Positions 12,101 through 23,101 of a DNA stretch of 64,000 nucleotides are shown here, piece by piece (position 1 is the stretch's first letter; each line of letters starts with the position of its first letter). Under the pieces are notes generated by a model, which did no database searches, was not told the DNA's origin, and worked only from the letters and a program-made list of their open reading frames with translations. The DNA is taken from the NCBI RefSeq assembly GCF_009914755.1, contig NC_060925.1; one strand, written 5' to 3'. This DNA is from the human T2T-CHM13v2.0 reference genome, Homo sapiens. The position numbers and the translations under genes were made by a program.

Positions 12101-14620
12101 CTCACAGAGTTTAACCTTTCTTTTCATAGAGCAGTTAGGAAACACTCTGTTTGTAAAGTCTGCAAGTGGATATTCAGACCTCCTTGAGGCCTTCGTTGGA
12201 AACGGGATTTCTTCATATTCTGCTAGACAGAAGAATTCTCAGTAACTTCCTTGCGTTGTGTTTATTCAACTCACAGAGTTGAATGATCCTTTACACAGAG
12301 CAGACTTGAAACACTCTTTTTGTGGAATTTGCAAGTGGAGATTTCAGCCGCTTTGTGGTCAATGGTAGAAAAGTAAATATCTTCGTATAAGGACTAGACA
12401 GAATGATTCTCAGAAACTCCTTTGTGATGTGTGCGTTCAACTCACAGAGTTTAACCTTTCTGTTCATAGAGCAGTTAGGAAACACTCTGTTTGTAAAGTC
12501 TGCAAGTGGATATTCAGACCTCCTTGAGGCCTTCGTTGGAAACGGGATTTCTTCATATTCTGCTAGACAGAAGAATTCTCAGTAACTTCCTTGTGTTGTG
12601 TGTATTCAACTCACAGAGTTGAACGATCCTTTACACAGAGCAGACTTGAAACACTCTTTTTGTGGAATTTGCAAGTGGAGATTTCAGCCGCTTTGAGGTC
12701 AATGGTAGAAAAGGAAATATCTTCGTATAAAGACTAGACAGAATGATTCTCATAAACTCCTTTGTGATGTGTGCGTTCAACTCACAGAGTTTAACTTTTC
12801 TTTTCATAGAGCAGTTAGGAAACACTCTGTTTGTAAAGTCTGCAAGTGGATATTCAGACCTCTTTGAGGCCTTTGTTGGAAACGGGATTTCTTCATATTA
12901 TGCTAGACAGAAGAATTCTCAGTAACTTCCTTGTGTTGTGTGTATTCAACTCACAGAGTTGAACGATCCTTTACACAGAGCAGACTTGAAACATTCTTTT
13001 TGTGGAATTTGTAAGTGGAGATTTCAGCCGCTTTGTGGTCAATGGTAGAATAGGAAATATCTTCCTATAGAAATTAGACAGAACGATTCTCAGAAACTCC
13101 TTTGTGATGTGTGCGTTCAACTCACAGAGTTTAACCTTTCTTTTCATAGAGCAGTTAGGAAACACTCTGTTTGTAAAGTCTGCAAGTGGATATTCAGACC
13201 TCTTTGAGGCCTTCGTTGGAAACGGGATTTCTTCATATTCTGCTAGACAGAAGAATTCTCAGTAACTTCCTTGTGTTGTGTGTATTCAACTCACAGAGTT
13301 GAACGATCCTTTACACAGAGCAGACTTGAAACACTCTTTTTGTGGAATTTGCAAGTGGAGATTTCAGCCGCTTTCAGGTCAATAGTAGAAAAGGAAATAT
13401 CTTCGTAGAAAAACTAGACAGAATGGTTCTCAGAAACTCCTTTGTGATGTGTGTGTTCAACTCACAGAGTTTAACCTTTCTTTTCATAGAGCAGTTAGTA
13501 AACACTCTGTTTATAAAGTCTGCAAGTGGATATTCAGACCCCTTTGAGGCCTTCGTTGGAAACGGGATTTCTTCATATTATGCTAGACAGAAGAATTCTC
13601 AGTAACTTCCTTGTGTTGTGTGTATTCAACTGACAGAGTTGAACTTTCATTTAGAGAGAGCAGATTTGAAACACTGTTTTTGTGGAATTTGCAAGTGGAG
13701 ATTTCAAGCGCTTTGGGGCCAAAGGCAGAAAAGGAAATATCTTCGTATAAAAACTAGACAGAATCATTCTCAGAAACTGCTGCGTGATGTGTGCGTTCAA
13801 CTCTCAGAGTTTAACTTTTCTTTTCATTCAGCGGTTTGGAAACACTCTGTTTGTAAAGTCTGCACGTGGAAATTTTGACCACTTAGAGGCCTTCGTTGGA
13901 AACGGGATTTTTTCATGTAAGGCTATACAGAAGAATTCCCAGTAACTTCCTTGTGTTGTGTGCATTCAACTCACAGAGTTGAACGTTCCCTTAGACAGAG
14001 CAGATTTGAAACACTCTATTTGTGCAATTTGCAAGTGTAGTTTTCAAGCTCTTTAAGGTCAACGGCAGAAAAGGAAATATCTTCGTTTCAAAACTAGACA
14101 GAATCATTCCCACAAACTGCGTTGTGATGTGTTCGTTCAACTCACAGAGTTTAACCTTTCTGTTCATAGAGCAGTTAGGAAACACTCTGTTTGTAAAGTC
14201 TGTAAGTGGATATTCTGACATCTTGTGGCCTTCGTTGGAAACGGGATTTCTTCATATTCTGCTAGACAGAAGAATTCTCAGTAACTTCCTTGTGTTGTGT
14301 GTATTCAACTCACAGAGTTGAACGATCCTTTACACAGAGCAGACTTGAAACACTCTTTTTGTGGAATTTGCAAGTGGAGATTTCAGCCGCTTTGAGGTCA
14401 ATGGTAGAAAAGGAAACTATCTTTATATAAACACTAGACAGAATGATTCTCAGAAAATCTTTTGTGATGTGTGCGTTCAACTCACAGAGTTTAACTTTTC
14501 TTCTCATAGAGCAGTTAGGAAACACTCTGTTTGTAAAGTCTGCAAGTGGATATTCAGACCTCTTTGAGGCCTTCGTTGGAAACGGGATTTCTTCATATTA
14601 TGCTAGACAGAATAATTCTC
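9182..14620 (+). repeat. Two complete tandem copies of the full 16-monomer (8-dimer, ~2,720 bp) higher-order repeat A-B-C-D-E-F-G-H
   Basis: Dimer starts A9182 B9522 C9862 D10202 E10542 F10882 G11222 H11561, then A11901 B12241 C12581 D12921 E13261 F13601 G13941 H14280. Markers: A GAAGGATCC/TGTCGAA; B TTTATTC/AAGTAAAT; C CTTCGTATAAAGAC with AACTTTT; D AACATTC/GAACGATT; E AATAGTAG/TTAGTAAAC; F AACTTTCATTTAGAG; G AACGTTCCCTTAGAC; H GGAAACTATC. Confidence 0.88.
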
Positions 14621-17339
14621 AGTAACTTCCTTGTGTTGTGTGTATTCAACTCACAGAGTTGAAGGATCCTTTACAGAGAGCAGGCTTGAAACACTCTTTT
14701 TGTCGAATTTGCAAGTGGAGATTTCAGCCGCATTGAGGTCAATGGTAGAATAGGAAATATCTTCTTATAGAAACTAGACAGAATGATTCTCATAAACTCC
14801 TTTGTGATGTGTGCGTTCAACTCACAGAGTTTAACCTTTCTTTTCATAGAGCAGTTAGGAAACACTCTGTTTGTAAAGTCTGCAAGTGGATATTCAGACC
14901 TCCTTGAGGCCTTCGTTGGAAACGGGATTTCTTCATATTCTGCTAGACAGAAGAATTCTCAGTAACTTCCTTGTGTTGTGTTTATTCAACTCACAGAGTT
15001 GAATGATCCTTTACACAGAGCAGACTTGAAACACTCTTTTTGTGGAATTTGCAAGTGGAGATTTCAGCCGCTTTGAGGTCAATGGTAGAAAAGTAAATAT
15101 CTTCGTATAAAGACTAGACAGAATGATTCTTAGAAACTCCTTTGTGATGTGTGCGATCAACTCACAGAGTTTAACCTTTCTGTTCATAGAGCTGTTAGGA
15201 AACACTCTGTTTGTAAAGTCTGCAAGTGGATATTCAGACCTCCTTTAGGCCTTCGTTGGAAACGGGATTTCTTCATATTCTGCTAGACAGAAGAATTCTC
15301 AGTAACTTCCTTGTGTTGTGTGTATTCAACTCACAGAGTTGAACGATCCTTTACACAGAGCAGACTTGAAACATTCTTTTTGTGGAATTGGCAAGTGGAG
15401 ATTTCAGCCGCTTTGAGGTCAATGGTAGAATAGGAAATATCTTCCTATAGAAACTAGACAGAACGATTCTCAGAAACTCCTTTGTGATGTGTGCGTTCAA
15501 CTCACAGAGTTTAACCTTTCTTTTCATAGAGCAGTTAGGAAACACTCTGTTTGTAAAGTCTGCAAGTGGATATTCAGACCTCTTTGAGGCCTTCGTTGGA
15601 AACGGGATTTCTTCATATTCTGCTAGACAGAAGAATTCTCAGTAACTTCCTTGTGTTGTGTGTATTCAACTCACAGAGTTGAACGATCCTTTACACAGAG
15701 CAGACTTGAAACACTCTTTTTGTGGAATTTGCAAGTGGAGATTTCAGCCGCTTTGAGGTCAATAGTAGAAAAGGAAATATCTTCGTAGAAAACCTAGACA
15801 GAATGATTCTCAGAAACTCCTTTGTGATGTGTGCGTTCAACAGACAGAGTTTAACCTTTCTTTTAATAGAGCAGTTAGGAAACACTCTGTTTGTAAAGTC
15901 TGCAAGTGGATATTCAGACCTCCTTGAGTCCTTCGTTGGAAACGGGATTTCTTCATATTCTGCTAGACAGAAGAATTCTCAGTAACTTCCTTGTGTTGTG
16001 TTTATTCAACTCACAGAGTTGAATGATCCTTTACACAGAGCAGACTTGAAACACTCTTTTTGTGGAATTTGCAAGTGGAGATTTCAGCCGCTTTGAGGTC
16101 AATGGTAGAAAAGTAAATATCTTCGTATAAAGACTAGACAGAATGATTCTCAGAAACTCCTTTGTGATGTGTGCGTTCAACTCACAGAGTTTAACCTTTC
16201 TGTTCATAGAGCAGTTAGGAAACACTCTGTTTGTAAAGTCTGCAAGTGGATATTCAGACCTCCTTGAGGCCTTCGTTGGAAACGGGATTTCTTCATATTC
16301 TGCTAGACAGAAGAATTCTCAGTAACTTCCTTGTGTTGTGTGTATTCAACTCACAGAGTTGAACGATCCTTTACACAGAGCAGACTTGAAACACTCTTTT
16401 TGTGGAATTTGCAAGTGGAGATTTCAGCCGCTTTGAGGTCAATAGTAGAAAAGGAAATATCTTCGTAGAAAAACTAGACAGAATGATTTTCAGAAACTCC
16501 TTTGTGATGTGTGTGTTCAACTCACAGAGTTTAACCTTTCTTTTCATAGAGCAGTTAGTAAACACTCTGTTTATAAAGTCTGCAAGTGGATATTCAGACC
16601 CCTTTGAGGCCTTCGTTGGAAACGGGATTTCTTCATATTATGCTAGACAGAAGAATTCTCAGTAACTTCCTTGTGTTGTGTGTATTCAACTGACAGAGTT
16701 GAACTTTCATTTAGAGAGAGCAGATTTGAAACACTGTTTTTGTGGAATTTGCAAGTGGAGATTTCAAGCGCTTTGGGGCCAAAGGCAGAAAAGGAAATAT
16801 CTTCGTATAAAAACTAGACAGAATCATTCTCAGAAACTGCTGCGTGATGTGTGCGTTCAACTCTCAGAGTTTAACTTTTCTTTTCATTCAGCGGTTTGGA
16901 AACACTCTGTTTGTAAAGTCTGCACGTGGAAATTTTGACCACTTAGAGGCCTTCGTTGGAAACGGGTTTTTTTCATGTAAGGCTAGACAGAAGAATTCCC
17001 AGTAACTTCCTTGTGTTGTGTGCATTCAACTCACAGAGTTGAACGTTCCCTTAGACAGAGCAGATTTGAAACACTCTATTTGTGCAATTTGCAAGTGTAG
17101 ATTTCAAGCGCTTTAAGGTCAACGGCAGAAAAGGAAATATCTTCGTTTCAAAACTAGACAGAATCATTCCCACAAACTGCGTTGTGATGTGTTCGTTCAA
17201 CTCACAGAGTTTAACCTTTCTGTTCATAGAGCAGTTAGGAAACACTCTGTTTGTAAAGTCTGTAAGTGGATATTCTGACATCTTGTGGCCTTCGTTGGAA
17301 ACGGGATTTCTTCATATTCTGCTAGACTGAAGAATTCTC

Positions 17340-20300
17340 AGTAACTTCCTTGTGTTGTGTGTATTCAACTCACAGAGTTGAACGATCCTTTACACAGAGC
17401 AGACTTGAAACACTCTTTTTGTGGAATTTGCAAGTGGAGATTTCAGCCGCTTTGAGGTCAATGGTAGAAAAGGAAACTATCTTCCTATAAAGACTAGACA
17501 GAATGATTCTCAGAAAATCTTTTGTGATGTGTGCGTTCAACTCACAGAGTTTAACTTTTCTTCTCATAGAGCAGTTAGGAAACACTCTGTTTGTAAAGTG
17601 TGCAAGTGGATATTCAGACCTCTTTGAGGCCTTCGTTGGAAACGGGATTTCTTCATATTATGCTAGACAGAATAATTCTCAGTAACTTCCTTGTGTTGTG
17701 TGTATTCAACTCACAGAGTTGAAGGATCCTTTACAGAGAGCAGGCTTGAAACACTCTTTTTGTCGAATTTGCAAGTGGAGATTTCAGCCGCTTTGAGGTC
17801 AATGGTAGAATAGGAAATATCTTCTTATAGAAACTAGACAGAATGATTCTCATGAACTCCTTTGTGATGTGTGCGTTGAACTCACAGAGTTTAACCTTTC
17901 TTTTCATAGAGCAGTTAGGAAACACTCTGTTTGTAAAGTCTGCAAGTGGATATTCAGACCTCCTTGAGGCCTTCGTTGGAAACGGGATTTCTTCATATTC
18001 TGCTAGACAGAAGAATTCTCAGTAACTTCCTTGTGTTGTGTTTATTCAACTCACAGAGTTGAATGATCCTTTACACAGAGCAGACTTGAAACACTCTTTT
18101 TGTGGAAATTGCAAGTGGAGATTTCAGCCGCTTTGAGGTCAATGGTAGAAAAGTAAATATCTTCGTATAAAGACTAGACAGAATGATTCTCAGAAACTCC
18201 TTTGTGATGTGTGCGTTCAACTCACAGAGTTTAACCTTTCTGTTCATAGAGCAGTTAGGAAACACTCTGTTTGTAAAGTCTGCAAGTGGATATTCAGACC
18301 TCCTTGAGGCCTTCGTTGAAAACGGGATTTCTTCATATTCTGCTAGACAGAAGAATTCTCAGTAACTTCCTTGTGTTGTGTGTATTCAACTCACAGAGTT
18401 GAACGATCCTTTACACAGAGCAGACTTGAAACACTCTTTCTGTGGAATTTGCAAGTGGAGATTTCAGCCGCTTTGAGGTCAATAGTAGAAAAGGAAATAT
18501 CTTCGTAGAAAAACTAGACAGAATGATTCTCAGAAACTCCTTTGTGATCTGTGTGTTCAACTCACAGAGTTTAACCTTTCTTTTCATAGAGCAGATAGTA
18601 AACACTCTGTTTATAAAGTCTGCAAGTGGATATTCAGACCCCTTTGAGGCCTTCGTTGGAAACGGGATTTCTTCATATTATGCTAGACAGAAGAATTCTC
18701 AGTAACTTCCTTGTGTTGTGTGTATTCAACTGACAGAGTTGAACTTTCTTTTAGAGAGAGCAGATTTGAAACACTGTTTTTGTGGAATTTGCAAGTGGAG
18801 ATTTCAAGCGCTTTGGGGCCAAAGGCAGAAAAGGAAATATCTTCGTATAAAAACTAGACAGAATCATTCTCAGAAACTGCTGCGTGATGTGTGCGTTCAA
18901 CTCTCAGAGTTTAACTTTTCTTTTCATTCAACGGTTTGGAAACACTCTGTTTGTAAAGTCTGCACGTGGATATTTTGACCACTTAGAGGCCTTCGTTGGA
19001 AACGGGTTTTTTTCATGTAAGGCTAGACAGAAGAATTCCCAGTAACTTCCTTGTGTTGTGTGCATTCAACTCACAGAGTTGAACGTTCCCTTAGACAGAG
19101 CAGATTTGAAACACTCTATTTGTGCAATTTGCAAGTGTAGATTTCAAGCGCTTTAAGGTCAACGGCAGAAAAGGAAATATCTTCGTTTCAAAACTAGACA
19201 GAATCATTCCCACAAACTGCGTTGTGATGTGTTCGTTCAACTCACAGAGTTTAACCTTTCTGTTCATAGAGCAGTTAGGAAACACTCTGTTTGTAAAGTC
19301 TGTAAGTGGATATTCTGACATCTTGTGGCCTTCGTTGGAAACGGGATTTCTTCATATTCTGCTAGACAGAAGAATTCTCAGTAACTTCCTTGTGTTGTGT
19401 GTATTCAACTCACAGAGTTGAACGATCCTTTACACAGAGCAGACTTGAAACACTCTTTTTGTGGAATTTGCAAGTGGAGATTTCAGCCGCTTTGAGGTCA
19501 ATGGTAGAAAAGGAAACTATCTTCATATAAAGACTAGACAGAATGATTCTCAGAAACTCCTTTGTGATGTGTGTGTTCAACTCACAGAGTTTAACCTTTC
19601 TTTTCATAGAGCAGTTAGTAAACACTCTGTTTATAAAGTCTGCAAGTGGATATTCAGACCCCTTTGAGGCCTTCGTTGGAAACGGGATTTCTTCATATTA
19701 TGCTAGACAGAAGAATTCTCAGTAACTTCCTTGTGTTGTGTGTATTCAACTGACAGAGTTGAACTTTCTTTTAAAGAGAGCAGATGTGAAACACTGTTTT
19801 TGTGGAATTTGCAACTGGAGATTTCAAGCGCTTTGGGGCCAAAGGCAGAAAAGGAAATATCTTCGTATAAAAACTAGACAGAATCATTCTCAGAAACTGC
19901 TGCGTGATGTGTGCGTTCAACTCTCAGAGTTTAACTTTTCTTTTCATTCAGCGGTTTGGAAACACTCCTGTTTGTAAAGTCTGCACGTGGATATTTTGAC
20001 CACTTAGAGGCCTTCGTTGGAAACGGGTTTTTTTCATGTAAGGCTAGACAGAAGAATTCCCAGTAACTTCCTTGTGTTGTGTGCATTCAACTCACAGAGT
20101 TGAACGTTCCCTTAGACAGAGCAGATTTGAAACACTCTATTTGTGCAATTTGCAAGTGTAGATTTCAAGCGCTTTAAGGTCAACGGCAGATTTCAAAACT
20201 AGACAGAATCATTCCCACAAACTGCGTTGTGATGTGTTCGTTCAACTGAAAGAGTTTAACCTTTCTGTTCATAGAGCAGTTAGGAAACACTCTGTTTGTA

Positions 20301-23101
20301 AAGTCTGTAAGTGGATATTCTGACATCTTGTGGCCTTCGTTGGAAACGGGATTTCTTCATATTCTGCTAGACAGAAGAATTCTCAGTAACTTCCTTGTGT
20401 TGTGTGCATTCAACTCACAGAGTTGAACGATCCTTTACACAGAGCAGACTTGAAACACTCTTTTTGTGGAATTTGCAAGTGGAGATTTCAGCCGCTTTGA
20501 GGTCAATGGTAGAAAAGGAAACTATCTTCATATAAAGACTAGACAGAATGATTCTCAGAAAATCTTTTGTGATGTGTGCGTTCAACTCACAGAGTTTAAC
20601 TTTTCTTCTCATAGAGCAGTTAGGAAACACTCTGTTTGTAAAGTCTGCAAGTGGATATTCAGACCTCTTTGAGGCCTTCGTTGGAAACGGGATTTCTTCA
20701 TATTATGCTAGACAGAATAATTCTCAGTAACTTCCTTGTGTTGTGTGTATTCAACTCACAGAGTTGAAGGATCCTTTACAGAGAGCAGGCTTGAAACACT
20801 CTTTTTGTCGAATTTGCAAGTGGAGATTTCAGCCGCTTTGAGGTCAATGGTAGAATAGGAAATATCTTCTTATAGAAACTAGACAGAATGATTCTCATGA
20901 ACTCCTTTGTGATGTGTGCGTTGAACTCACAGAGTTTAACCTTTCTTTTCATAGAGCAGTTAGGAAACACTCTGTTTGTAAAGTCTGCAAGTGGATATTC
21001 AGACCTCCTTGAGGCCTTCGTTGGAAACGGGATTTCTTCATATTCTGCTAGACAGAAGAATTCTCAGTAACTTCCTTGTGTTGTGTTTATTCAACTCACA
21101 GAGTTGAATGATCCTTTACACAGAGCAGACTTGAAACACTCTTTTTGTGGAAATTGCAAGTGGAGATTTCAGCCGCTTTGAGGTCAATGGTAGAAAAGTA
21201 AATATCTTCGTATAAAGACTAGACAGAATGATTCTCAGAAAATCCTTTGTGATGTGTGCGTTCAACTCACAGAGTTTAACCTTTCTGTTCATAGAGCAGT
21301 TAGGAAACACTCTGTTTGTAAAGTCTGCAAGTGGATATTCAGACCTCCTTGAGGCCTTCGTTGAAAACGGGATTTCTTCATATTCTGCTAGACAGAAGAA
21401 TTCTCAGTAACTTCCTTGTGTTGTGTGTATTCAACTCACAGAGTTGAACGATCCTTTACACAGAGCAGACTTGAAACACTCTTTCTGTGGAATTCGCAAG
21501 TGGAGATTTCAGCCGCTTTGAGGTCAATAGTAGAAAAGGAAATATCTTCGTAGAAAAACTAGACAGAATGATTCTCAGAAACTCCTTTGTGATGTGTGTG
21601 TTCAACTCACAGAGTTTAACCTTTCTTTTCATAGAGCAGTTAGTAAACACTCTGTTTATAAAGTCTGCAAGTGGATATTCAGACCCCTTTGAGGCCTTCG
21701 TTGGAAACGGGATTTCTTCATATTATGCTAGACAGAAGAATTCTCAGTAACTTCCTTGTGTTGTGTGTATTCAACTGACAGAGTTGAACTTTCTTTTAGA
21801 GAGAGCAGATTTGAAACACTGTTTTTGTGGAATTTGCAACTGGAGATTTCAAGCGCTTTGGGGCCAAAGGCAGAAAAGGAAATATCTTCGTATAAAAACT
21901 AGACAGAATCATTCTCAGAAACTGCTGCGTGATGTGTGCGTTCAACTCTCAGAGTTTAACTTTTCTTTTTATTCAGCGGTTTGGAAACACTCTGTTTGTA
22001 AAGTCTGCACGTGGATATTTTGACCACTTAGAGGCCTTCGTTGGAAACGGGTTTTTTTCATGTAAGGCTAGACAGAAGAATTCCCAGTAACTTCCTTGTG
22101 TTGTATGCATTCAACTCACAGAGTTGAACGTTCCCTTAGACAGAGCAGATTTGAAACACTCTATTTGTGCAATTTGCAAGTGTAGATTTCAAGCGCTTTA
22201 AGGTCAACGGCAGAAAAGGAAATATCTTCGTTTCAAAACTAGACAGAATCATTCCCACAAACTGCGTTGTGATGTGTTCGTTCAACTCACAGAGTTTAAC
22301 CTTTCTGTTCATAGAGCAGTTAGGAAACACTCTGTTTGTAAAGTCTGTAAGTGGATATTCTGACATCTTGCGGCCTTCGTTGGAAACGGGATTTCTTCAT
22401 ATTCTGCTAGACAGAAGAATTCTCAGTAACTTCCTTGTGTTGTGTGTATTCAACTCACAGAGTTGAACGATCCTTTACACAGAGCAGACTTGAAACACTC
22501 TTTTTGTGGAATTTGCAAGTGGAGATTTCAGCCGATTTGAGGTCAATGGTAGAAAAGGAAACTATCTTCATATAAAGACTAGACAGAATGATTCTCAGAA
22601 AATCTTTTGTGATGTGTGCGTTCAACTCACAGAGTTTAACTTTTCTTCTCATAGAGCAGTTAGGAAACACTCTGTAAAGTGTGCAAGTGGATATTCAGAC
22701 CTCTTTGAGGCCTTCGTTGGAAACGGGATTTCTTCATATTATGCTAGACAGAATAATTCTCAGTAACTTCCTTGTGTTGTGTGTATTCAACTCACAGAGT
22801 TGAAGGATCCTTTACAGAGAGCAGGCTTGAAACACTCTTTTTGTCGAATTTGCAAGTGGAGATTTCAGCCGCTTTGAGGTCAATGGTAGAATAGGAAATA
22901 TCTTCTTATAGAAATTAGACAGAATGATTCTCATGAACTCCTTTGTGATGTGTGCGTTGAACTCACAGAGTTTAACCTTTCTTTTCATAGAGCAGTTAGG
23001 AAACACTCTGTTTGTAAAGTCTGCAAGTGGATATTCAGACCTCCTTGAGGCCTTCGTTGGAAACGGGATTTCTTCATATTCTGCTAGACAGAAGAATTCT
23101 C
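17340..23101 (+). repeat. Local duplication with 3,045-bp period (H-A-B-E-F-G block repeated)
   Basis: CATGAACTCC and GCGTTGAA in A (17681, 20726, 22762); GGAAATTGC and CGTTGAAAACGGG in B (18021, 21066); CTTTCTGTGG in E (18361, 21406). Confidence 0.8.

Noticed and set aside
18311-18327. Variant CENP-B boxes at 18311, 21356, 36313, 37673, 61805 and 62825
   Set aside because: The changes fall in non-core positions of NTTCGNNNNANNCGGGN, so they were not counted as damaged.
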